A stretch of 64,000 bases of DNA from an uncultured cyanobacterium. Lineage in GTDB: Bacteria > Cyanobacteriota > Cyanobacteriia > Cyanobacteriales > CAWUOF01. The stretch covers positions 672,001 to 736,000 of the forward strand of contig CAVUSO010000001.1 in the NCBI GenBank assembly GCA_963744145.1. The letters are read 5' to 3'. The position numbers were made by a program, and so were the translations under genes. Under the pieces are notes generated by a model that had not been told where the DNA came from, ran no database searches, and was given only the letters and a program-made list of their open reading frames with translations. Positions 22,547-31,197 of this stretch are shown piece by piece (positions within the stretch are counted from its first letter, which is position 1; every line of letters begins with the position of its first letter).

Positions 22547-22617
22547 ATCTGTGGGTGGGGGTGGGTTTTTATAATTAATGGGTAAATTGCTAAAATCTGG
22601 GTGAACCCACCCCTACA
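22547..22617. repeat. GTAG-type REP doublet
   Basis: GGGTGGGTTT ... GAACCCACCCCTACA; similar to the interior of family 2 and to 42625-42697. Confidence 0.65.
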
Positions 22618-22697
22618 GCGATCGGCAAATTGAGGATAAAATTGATCGGAAAATATGTGATTAAATTGGTAGGAGCATTAACTTACTACTAGATCCC

Positions 22698-24134
22698 ATG
22701 ACTAATCATTCCTCGGCTGATACTCCCCCCATAATTCCCCAAAGTGAAAAACTCAGTTTCTGGACTAAACTATCTTTTGGAGTCGGTGATTTAGGAACTG
22801 CTATTTCCGCTAATATCTTTGTTTTTTATCTATCCATTTTTCTCACCAATGTTGCTGGAATGAGTGCGCTAACTGCGGGAAGTGTGCGATTAGTCAGCGG
22901 ACTTTGGGATGCGATCAATGACCCAATTATCGGAATATTGACTGATAAAACTAATTCTCCCTGGGGACGACGCTATCCTTGGATGATCTTTGGTGCAATT
23001 CCTTTAGGAATTTTCTTCTTCTGTCATTGGTTAGTCCCACCATTACAGGGAGGAGCTTTATTTGGCTACTATGTTGTCATTACGATGCTATTCAATACCG
23101 CTTTTAGTTGTGTTAATTTACCCTACACTGCACTCACCCCAGAATTAACTCAAGATTACAATGAACGCACCAGTTTGAATAGTTTTCGTTTTACCTTCTC
23201 TATTGGCGGTAGTATTATTTCTTTAATCTTTGCAGGAATTATCTTTGCTACTGTTAAAAATGAAGTTCAACAATATCTAATCTTAGGTGCAATTGGTGCA
23301 GTTTTTTGCATCGTTTGCCCCTATTTGTGCATCTGGGGAACTCGCGATCGCGTATTAGCGTTTGAGAAAAAGGTAGAACCAGAGAGTTCCGAATCATTAG
23401 GTTATTTTCAACAGTTACGAGTGCTATTCCAGAATCGTCCTTTTTTATTTGTGACTGGGATTTATCTATTTTCTTGGTTAGGAGTTCAAGTTACAGCTAC
23501 TATTATTCCTTACTTTGTCACCGATTGGATGAAACTGCAAGCAAAAGATTCTGCTCAAGTAGCTTTAGCCGTACAAGGGACAGCGTTGTTAATGTTATTT
23601 GTCTGGAAACAAGTCAGCGATCGCTATGGTAAAAAAATAGTTTATTTTATGGGGATGATCCTCTGGATTATCGCTCAAGCTGGATTATTTTTCATTCAAC
23701 CTAATCAAATTGGACTACTATATTGCTTGGGAATAGTTGCAGGATTTGGGGTATCTACTGCTTATTTGATTCCCTGGTCAATGATTCCCGATGTGATCGA
23801 CTTAGATGAATTACAAACCGGACAACGTCGAGAAGGGATATTTTATGGGTTTATGATTTTGTTGCAAAAAGTTGGTTTAGCCCTAGGGTTATATTTAGTA
23901 GGATTAGCTCTAGAACGTGCTGGTTTTATTCCTCGAACTGGAGGAGAACAAGTCATCCAACCATCCTCAGCACTGCTAGCAATTCGTTTAGCAATTGGAC
24001 CATTACCAACTATCTGTCTAATTGGTGGTTTAGTTATGGCTTATTTTTATCCAATTAGCCGTGAAGTCCATGCAGAAATTTTGCTCAAACTCGAAGAACG
24101 TAAGCAAAATCATCATCAAGCAAGCTCCGATTGA
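22698..24134 (+). CDS. MFS transporter, GPH (MelB-like) family
   Basis: WDAINDPIIGILTDKT, WGRRYPW, PYTALTPEL, RREGIFYG motifs. Confidence 0.92.
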   Translation: MTNHSSADTPPIIPQSEKLSFWTKLSFGVGDLGTAISANIFVFYLSIFLTNVAGMSALTAGSVRLVSGLWDAINDPIIGILTDKTNSPWGRRYPWMIFGAIPLGIFFFCHWLVPPLQGGALFGYYVVITMLFNTAFSCVNLPYTALTPELTQDYNERTSLNSFRFTFSIGGSIISLIFAGIIFATVKNEVQQYLILGAIGAVFCIVCPYLCIWGTRDRVLAFEKKVEPESSESLGYFQQLRVLFQNRPFLFVTGIYLFSWLGVQVTATIIPYFVTDWMKLQAKDSAQVALAVQGTALLMLFVWKQVSDRYGKKIVYFMGMILWIIAQAGLFFIQPNQIGLLYCLGIVAGFGVSTAYLIPWSMIPDVIDLDELQTGQRREGIFYGFMILLQKVGLALGLYLVGLALERAGFIPRTGGEQVIQPSSALLAIRLAIGPLPTICLIGGLVMAYFYPISREVHAEILLKLEERKQNHHQASSD

Positions 24135-24463
24135 TTCTAACCAGTACCTGTAGGGGCGAAGCATTCGGGCGACAATTTATTACTTAAATCCATTAACATT
24201 ATATCCGAATGCTTCGCCCAGTTCTGTGCCGATAGCTCTCAGATTGATTCTAACCAGTACCTGTAGGGGCGAAGCATTCGGGCGACAATTTATTACTTAA
24301 ATCCATTAATATTATATCCGAATGCTTCGCCCAGTTCTGTGCCGATAGCTCTCAGATTGATTCTCACCAGTACCTGTAGGGGCGAAGCATTCGGGCGACA
24401 ATTTATTGCTTAAATCCATTAATATTATATCCGAATGCTTCGCCCAGTCTGCGCCGATAGCTC
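24129..24463. repeat. Three 113-bp tandem repeats, each holding a GTAG REP doublet
   Basis: Units start at 24129, 24242, 24355; each has GGGCGAAGCATTCGG ... CCGAATGCTTCGCCC. Confidence 0.93.
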
Positions 24464-24523
24464 CCAAAAAATCTTAACTGAATGTATTTTAATATCTAGT
24501 TGATCTGTTGGCTGCATAGATTG

Positions 24524-24643
24524 AGGGCAAAGCATTTCGGTAATATTATCCTTCCCTTCGACTACGCCCTTCGACTCCGCTCAGGGTAAACTCAGGGTAA
24601 ACGTTTAAGCCATCATTTATGCGCCGAAATGCTTTGCCCCTAC
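24524..24643. repeat. REP doublet carrying a self-nested 24-nt element
   Basis: GGGCAAAGCATTTCGG ... CCGAAATGCTTTGCCCCTACA enclosing CCCTTCGACTACG[CCCTTCGACTCCGCTCAGGGTAAA]CTCAGGGTAAA. Confidence 0.85.
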
Positions 24644-24664
24644 AGTTAAATGAACCGTATTGTT

Positions 24665-25480
24665 TTATGCTTCTGATTGGGGAATAGGAAAAATCTCCCC
24701 AGCTAAATAAGCATCAAAATGTTGTTGAAAGTAAAGCCAAGAACTCATATCATCTGTATCTAATTTAGCCAATGGTGCATTTTTATACAAAGGTAGACGA
24801 GTATTGATTTCATTTTGCATAAATTCCGGTAATTCATGTAAACCGCTAATTTTTCTACCAGTAGCACTATAAATAAGATAACCAGCTCGATTTCCCATTT
24901 TCATCCAGGGTAACCAAGGACCGATTCTATCCCAACTTAGCAGTAATTTAGACACAGAAATTAAATCTGGGTTCTCAATTTCTTCAGTCGGAACTGTGAG
25001 TTTAAATAATTCCGCAGCTTGATAGATGGGATTTGGACTATATTCGCTAAATTTAGCATCTTGACCAAGGGGGTTAGGGTAAGTGGGAAATAAATCAAAC
25101 ACAAATGTGGTATTTTCCCCATCGACTCGGGCTGGAAAAACACCTTTAAAATAACCTTGAACAGGATTATTAGCAACATGGATTACAGGTAAAATTTCTT
25201 CTGTCCAAGGGTTTTGCCATTTGTGAATGATTTCACCAGTCTTCGGATCAAGATAGTAATTTAATTCTCTTGATGTAAAATCCCATCCTCCCTCTGGATC
25301 AGCAATACATCTACCAACGCTTAATCCTAATATTTGAAACAGGAGCTTTCTTTTTTCCCCTGGAATAACCGCATAAATTGAACCTGCCCATGATAAAAAT
25401 GTTGAAGTACCATCTAGAGAACTGCGAACTTTTACCCAGTCTTTAGCATCAAATTCTTTGATTGACCCAACCATTGACAA
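24665..25480 (-). CDS. DUF1838-like protein
   Basis: SRELNYYLDPKTGEI, WQNPWT, HVANNPV, PWLPWMKMG motifs recalled for this family. Confidence 0.75.
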   Translation of the reverse strand: MSMVGSIKEFDAKDWVKVRSSLDGTSTFLSWAGSIYAVIPGEKRKLLFQILGLSVGRCIADPEGGWDFTSRELNYYLDPKTGEIIHKWQNPWTEEILPVIHVANNPVQGYFKGVFPARVDGENTTFVFDLFPTYPNPLGQDAKFSEYSPNPIYQAAELFKLTVPTEEIENPDLISVSKLLLSWDRIGPWLPWMKMGNRAGYLIYSATGRKISGLHELPEFMQNEINTRLPLYKNAPLAKLDTDDMSSWLYFQQHFDAYLAGEIFPIPQSEA

Positions 25481-25501
25481 ACTCCTCCAAATAGGTGATT
25501 A

Positions 25502-26377
25502 TTAATTATCTTTGTTTTCAGTAAACTGTTGTTCAATTTGCCGATATTTGGGAACACCTATAAGTTGCTCGAATTCTTGGAAACTAACAAAATTTTCAAA
25601 CCCAATAGTTGTTCCCTGATCTTTTAATTGACGGAAACAAGCTGTCATAATATGAGTAGTTGCGAGTAATCCAGATAGCGGGAAAAATACGATCTTAAAA
25701 CCTAGTTGCTGTAATTCGGTAGCCGAAATTTGTGGAGTTTTTCCACCTTCAACAATATTAGCGACTAATGGTATATCGGGAAAAGCAGTCGCGATCGCTT
25801 TTAGTTCCTCAACCGATTGGGGAGCTTCGACAAAAAGTACATCTGCTCCTGCTCCTAGATAAGCTTTACCTCGACGAATTGCTTCTGTTAAACCCAAGGG
25901 GGCTCGAGCATCGGTACGACTAATAATTACCAAACCACTATCACCACGAGCTTGAACTGCTGCTTGAATTTTTCCGACTTGTTCTGTCATAGAAATAACT
26001 CGTTTACCCTCAAAATGACCGCATTTTTTTGGCCATTCTTGGTCTTCCAGAATTACTCCCGCTAATCCTAATTGTACTGCATCTTTGATAATCCGAATCA
26101 CATTTAAGGCATTACCATAACCTGTATCTAGATCCGCAATTAGAGGGATATTAATTGACTGAGCAATTCGTCCGACACTATAAAGCATTTCTGTGGCAGT
26201 CAGAAAACCATAATCGGGCAATCCTAATGTAGAAGCAGCAATTCCAAATCCACTTGTAGCTGTTACTTCAAACCCGATCTGTTCTACTAATTTAGCAGCT
26301 AAACAGTCATAAACTCCGGGAATAATCAAGATTTCAGGGCGATCGAGTAACTGTCGTAGTTTTTGGGGATGATTCAT
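25502..26377 (-). CDS. Isocitrate lyase / PEP mutase superfamily C-C lyase
   Basis: ADLDTGYG, EDQEWPKKCGH, RTDA, ANIVEGGKTP motifs. Confidence 0.92.
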   Translation of the reverse strand: MNHPQKLRQLLDRPEILIIPGVYDCLAAKLVEQIGFEVTATSGFGIAASTLGLPDYGFLTATEMLYSVGRIAQSINIPLIADLDTGYGNALNVIRIIKDAVQLGLAGVILEDQEWPKKCGHFEGKRVISMTEQVGKIQAAVQARGDSGLVIISRTDARAPLGLTEAIRRGKAYLGAGADVLFVEAPQSVEELKAIATAFPDIPLVANIVEGGKTPQISATELQQLGFKIVFFPLSGLLATTHIMTACFRQLKDQGTTIGFENFVSFQEFEQLIGVPKYRQIEQQFTENKDN

Positions 26378-26416
26378 ATATACAAAAGAACTATTGGATC
26401 TAAGTTATTAACCAAG

Positions 26417-26507
26417 TGTCAATTTGCTATTGACGAGTTGGGATACTGATGTTTTAATGATATCAAAATTTGGCGATCGCCAGCAGAAAATATCAAAAAA
26501 TATAGCT
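26417..26507 (+). repeat. Direct repeat A, copy 1, with putative promoter and HIP1
   Basis: 80/91 identical to 28663-28753 by hand alignment; TTGACG-17nt-TTTAAT with TGn extension. Confidence 0.88.
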
Positions 26508-26645
26508 CATCTAAAGATATAATTATATAATCCGATCTTTAGATAATCTTTTTTTATTGAAAGGATTATATATCATCGGTTGTTAGAGTGTAACCGCAGG
26601 CTAGACTGAAATTTAAAATTGGGTAACTAAGCAGGAGTGAGTAGA

Positions 26646-27710
26646 ATGGTTACAAAAATAGCCCTCTTTAATCATAAAGGTGGAGTTAGCAAGACTACAA
26701 CTACATTTAACCTTGGTTGGATACTTGCTGACAAAGGGAAAAAAGTGATTCTTGTGGATGCTGACCCACAATGTAACCTAACTGGCATGGCGTTGGGAGA
26801 GGGAACGGAGGATAATGAAGCCAGAATAGAAAAAATCTTCAATACACACTCAAATATCAAAATAGGTCTAGCGCCAGCTTTTGAATCGCAACCAAAAGCT
26901 ATTGAGGCAGTGGACTGTATTCCGATTAAAGGTCGAGAGGGATTATTTTTACTACCTGGTCATGTGGGCTTTGCAGAATATGAAGTAACCCTAGGTATTG
27001 CCCAAGAACTCAGTGCCTCAATTCAAGCTCTCAAAAATTTACCAGGTTCTATTACAGATTTGTTGGAAAAAACTGCCAAGAAGTTTGATGCGGATTACAT
27101 ATTGATTGATATGAGTCCAAGTTTGGGAGCAATCAACCAGAATTTATTGATGACTAGCGACTTTTTTATAGTGCCGACGACTGCTGATTTCTTTTCCGTA
27201 ATGGCAATTGATTCTTTAGCAAAAGTATTGCCAAAATGGTATGCCTGGGCAAAGGCAGCTAGTTCACTTCCAATCCTGAAAGATGCTGCCTATCCATTTC
27301 CTGATGTCACTCTGCGCTTTTTAGGGATTATTATTCAGAATTACCGAATCATTGGTGGCAAAGAAACTGCTGCTTTTGAAACTTGGATTCAGAAAATAGA
27401 GGAAAATGTTTCCTCTAAATTGGTGCCAATTCTACGTGAGCATAATATGATGCTGCCCAATCAAGTTTATGACCAACAGGGTATTAATCAAAATTTTTGT
27501 CTAACAAAAATTTCCAACTTTAATAGCCTAATTCCGCGCTCTCAAGAGTATGGAACTCCAATTTACGATCTGACCCCTCAGCAATTAGGGCAGGTAGGAA
27601 AAGTATTGGAAAATAACCAGAAAAAGCAAGCTGAGTTTCGAGAGATATTTTCAGACCTTGCAGATAAAATTATCGGATTAACATCTGCTGCCTATGCTGT
27701 CTGCGCTTAA
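26646..27710 (+). CDS. ParA/Soj-family ATPase
   Basis: Deviant Walker A KGGVSKTT, DADPQCNLT, ILIDMSP; AGGAG upstream; no parB next to it. Confidence 0.9.
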   Translation: MVTKIALFNHKGGVSKTTTTFNLGWILADKGKKVILVDADPQCNLTGMALGEGTEDNEARIEKIFNTHSNIKIGLAPAFESQPKAIEAVDCIPIKGREGLFLLPGHVGFAEYEVTLGIAQELSASIQALKNLPGSITDLLEKTAKKFDADYILIDMSPSLGAINQNLLMTSDFFIVPTTADFFSVMAIDSLAKVLPKWYAWAKAASSLPILKDAAYPFPDVTLRFLGIIIQNYRIIGGKETAAFETWIQKIEENVSSKLVPILREHNMMLPNQVYDQQGINQNFCLTKISNFNSLIPRSQEYGTPIYDLTPQQLGQVGKVLENNQKKQAEFREIFSDLADKIIGLTSAAYAVCA

Positions 27711-28443
27711 TCAATTCCAAATCAGTATTGCTCGTGTTCGAGACTTGATTTCTATTCATAATTCTGTCAAAGCTCAGTCTACTCCGGTCTTAGATTTGTC
27801 AGATATTTTGAGAGCTGCTTTAGTTCTGGCGGTGAGTGCTTTGGATTATTATGTGCATGAAGTTGTAATATTAGGAATAATAGAGATTCATAGAGGACAA
27901 CGTTCTGAGCCTAATCCTCCGCCCAACAGTTCTCAATCCGCATTTTCTCGTTTTCAAGTTTCATTGGGTGGCGCAAGACAAGAAAGATTAATAGCTATAG
28001 ATATTGCTTCTTGGCTAGAGAATGAAATCCAACAAAGTCAAGGTTACTCATTTTTACAACAGTCCTATACAGTCTCAGCTTTACTTCCATTGATATCAAG
28101 TAGTATTCACAACAGATTAAACAATACCTCTTGGCTAGAAGATGAAGTTCGCGATCGCCTTGGATACCAGAGTTTTCAGCAACCGGAAAAAATAGCTGAT
28201 GCGATTAGGCTGATTTCAGATCAGAAATTGTGGGATGAGGTGGCAGTGAAACTGGGCAAATCTGCAAAAGATGTTAAGCAACAACTCAGTGTAATTGTTG
28301 ATCGAAGAAACAAAATTGCCCATGAAGCTGATATAGATCCGACTTTTGGGATCGGAAATCGTTGGAACATTGATGAAAGTCAAGTTAACGATGCAGTTAA
28401 TTTTATTGAGCAAGTTGTTGAGAGCATTCATCAAGTTATTTAA
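27694..28443 (+). CDS. HEPN-domain protein, putative RNase
   Basis: DILRAALVLAVSALDYYVHE helix and RNKIAH (RxxxxH) motif; overlaps the ParA gene by 17 nt. Confidence 0.85.
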   Translation: MLSALNQFQISIARVRDLISIHNSVKAQSTPVLDLSDILRAALVLAVSALDYYVHEVVILGIIEIHRGQRSEPNPPPNSSQSAFSRFQVSLGGARQERLIAIDIASWLENEIQQSQGYSFLQQSYTVSALLPLISSSIHNRLNNTSWLEDEVRDRLGYQSFQQPEKIADAIRLISDQKLWDEVAVKLGKSAKDVKQQLSVIVDRRNKIAHEADIDPTFGIGNRWNIDESQVNDAVNFIEQVVESIHQVI

Positions 28444-28662
28444 GTGTATATGCAAATAATCTAAGCCGTCGATGGAGTGGATAAACAGAAGATATTGGTG
28501 GGGATACAAAAGTTATCTACCGATGGTGACTTGCTTTCCGAATGGCGGTTGAAACGCAAGAGGAACATATTACTGAAACTGTGAATTCTGGATCAGACGA
28601 AATTGATTAGGGTAGGGTGGCAACTTCTGGACTTTCTTTGGTGGTTGCGGTGGGTATTCTGT

Positions 28663-28753
28663 TGTCAATTTGGTCTTGACGAGTTTGGATAATGATGTTT
28701 TAATGATATCAAGATTTGGCGATCGCTCAAAGAAAATATTAAAGAATATAGCT
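28663..28753 (+). repeat. Direct repeat A, copy 2
   Basis: 80/91 identical to 26417-26507. Confidence 0.88.
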
Positions 28754-29107
28754 GGCAGATAAATCATATTTATATAATCTTTTTTTTTATATAATCTTTT
28801 TATATTTAAAGAAGATTCAAAAATGAGGATAGAAACTGCTATATTAAGAAATGTTGAAGAATTGTCTAAATCTGTCAAATAGGCAGTTTTTAACTATACA
28901 AATCTTAGAAAGGATATCAAGTGTATGGGGCGACTCTAGAAATAGCTGAAATGCCTTCTGTATAATGATTTTGGTGAAACCTGTGGAAAAGCGTAAATTT
29001 ACCGATTAAATACTTGCGGTTTTATGTGTTGCAATGATATGTGAAATTGTCCTTGCTCTACAATTAATAGTTAGACTCTAATTTCAGGAAAGTTTAGTGA
29101 AAAATTT

Positions 29108-30220
29108 ATGAACACATCCTCACATATTTTAAAGCTAATTATGTCAGGCAACATAAATGTTCCGGCAATGATTAACGCTATTATTCGAGCGACGCTTGAA
29201 GCCAGAGAAAACGCTAAAGACCCTAGTTTAATATTCCGTCAAATACATATTTTTCATACAGAGCAATCTCTACAAGCTATGATGGCAAAGTCTAATTCTT
29301 GGCAGTCGGACATTGACTGTCTAACTCAAAGTTTAACAGCGTTATTACCAGTTGGCTTTGATTTAGAGCATCTACAAACTTCTCTACTCTCTGGAATTAA
29401 CTCACGATTATTGGGAGAAGTGACAGGAGAATCATATAATTATCGCCATTCTGTATTTTCATCCTCGGCTGGTGTTGAAGAAATGGCAAATATTCTACTC
29501 AGCATTATACAAGGTGCTGATCTAGAAAATAAAACTCTTGGAAACAAACTTAATGATATATATAGTTTTGCTAAAAATAATCCTAAATATTTTATTAATA
29601 CAAAAGTTTTAGAACATCTTAATCGTTGAATAGCAGAAGTTCGTAATGATGTGGTACACCCAACATCTGGAATTGAAAGAGACAAAGAAACAACAGCAAT
29701 TCAGTCATATCTTTCATCACAGCTTTCTGTTGCTTTTCTTCAGTTTACCATCAAGGCATTGTCTGTTTTCTTGGATGAGCAAGGAAAACTTCTTGATGTT
29801 TTGGTACTTGAAGCAGCAGAAGATGATCAAAGTTTATTTTATTTTGGGTTTGATGGAGATGCCACGGGAGATTATTTGGAAATAGCTTTTGGCGATTTAG
29901 CTCAAGATGAGTCTGAAGTTTTGAGTAGAAGTGAAAAACTTCGAGAAGCAATCAAAAAATTAAAGACTGTAATATTTAAAGAAACAAAAAATAATAAGTC
30001 TGTTCTTTTTGCTGAAGGTGACAACATATTATTTAAAGCCCCATATAACCAAGCTTTACTAAATAAATTACAACAAATTTATACTGATGAAACAGGTCTC
30101 AATTGCAGTATTGGTTATGGAAGTACGTTACGAGAAGCTGCGATAGCTATGCGGCTAGCAAAGGGAAAAGAAGGCAATAGTATCGTTGGTGTGGCAGTGA
30201 AAAGTAATTACACGGAGTAA
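29108..30220 (+). pseudogene. CARF-like / HEPN / mCpol (minimal CRISPR polymerase) fusion interrupted by an in-frame TGA
   Basis: ORFs 29108-29629 and 29651-30220 share a frame; read-through gives 370 aa with RNDVVH, FDGDATG, AEGDNIL and CSIGYGSTLREAAIAMRLAK. Confidence 0.8.
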
Positions 30221-30288
30221 TCCTAATTTCTGGCAAAGCTGGTTTAACAAGCAATACATTTAGAATTATTCTAGCGTTGCACGCACTG

Positions 30289-30358
30289 AATATGTCAACC
30301 ATTAGACAAACACATGATTGCTATAGGATAGCGATCGCCCACAGCTACTCCTGGTGGT
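30289..30358 (+). repeat. Direct repeat B, copy 1, contains HIP1
   Basis: 62/70 identical to 36897-36966 by hand alignment. Confidence 0.88.
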
Positions 30359-30508
30359 AGCATTTGATCTATATATGCCAATTCATCTGTTGTCAGTTCT
30401 ATGTCAACACTTTTGACATTTCATTGCTGCAAACCAAAGATACCCGATTTCTAGGATTACTCAATTGTTGTTCTCATCATCTATTTTAGAGCAACTTACT
30501 AAGATTTC

Positions 30509-31020
30509 TCAGGTTTTAGCAGCCATACTCACTTTTTCCTTTCGCCATTTTTCTGCACTTTGTTTAACCGCTTCTATTTCCTCAAAATCTACCCGGATCA
30601 CAGCCGTTTCAAATTCTACACCCAAAACTGTGCTAACTTCGAGTATTTCTACAAAACTTGCACATTGGTAATCTGTATCCTCATACTGCCTAACTTGCTT
30701 TTCTTCAATTCCTAGTATCTGAGCTAGTTCTTGCTGACTGATTTTGGCTGCTATCCTAGCTTTAATTAAAGCATCTGGCAACTTATTTATGCTCTCAACT
30801 TTAATGTGAATTGGCTGAGTTGTATCACAATTAATCATTTTTTATATTCAGCAATTTCTGACTTTAATTCGTCAACTTGACTTTGATACGAGTCTCGATG
30901 AAGTTGCCAACGCAGTTGGTCAGCTTTCAAGTTTTCATTATTATCTAATTCCGCTACAGACTTTTCAAATCGCTGTAACCAATCTAAAGAGTTCTGGTAT
31001 TGTTGCTCATTTTTTATCAT
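30509..31020 (-). pseudogene. Xre/HTH antitoxin-like regulator, frameshifted
   Basis: MIKNEQQY...EIAEYKK and MINCD...LIKARIAAKISQQELAQILG join if one A is added to the A6 run near 30840. Confidence 0.8.
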
Positions 31021-31170
31021 GGGTCCCACCTTTGTAAATCTATTGCAATAATTCCTTTGCGTGTATTTTTCATTGGATCAAATTGAAAAAAGTCTATGTA
31101 AGTTATACCCGCGTCATTAGCTGGGTAATTGGATGGAAAAAACTCCCCCCTGTATTTATTTTTTTGTTCC
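31017..31170 (-). pseudogene. 3' remnant of a DUF6932-like putative toxin gene
   Basis: Reads EQKNKYRGEFFPSNYPANDAGITYIDFFQFDPMKNTRKGIIAIDLQRWDP*; its TGA overlaps the Xre ATG (ATGA). Confidence 0.65.
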
Positions 31171-31197
31171 CCAAGTCGCAGACCCCGTTAGCTAGAC

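Noticed and set aside
24129..24463. CRISPR array
   Set aside because: Whole 113-bp units repeat with no unique spacers, and there are no cas genes
26646..27710. Plasmid or chromosome partition locus
   Set aside because: No parB, rep gene or iterons; the partner is a HEPN protein
28570..28878. 102-aa ORF on the minus strand
   Set aside because: Overlaps repeat A copy 2 and AT-rich low-complexity DNA; no recognisable motifs
29627..29629. Selenocysteine or programmed read-through at the TGA
   Set aside because: No redox-motif context or evident SECIS hairpin; a point change from a sense codon is simpler
29651..30220. Type III CRISPR Cas10 or GGDEF diguanylate cyclase
   Set aside because: Far too short for Cas10, no HD domain, csm/cmr genes or array, and no GGDEF motif; mCpol fits better
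30835..30845. Programmed frameshift or phase variation at A-runs (also near 58035)
   Set aside because: Runs are short (A5-A6) and other indels in the window point to sequencing error
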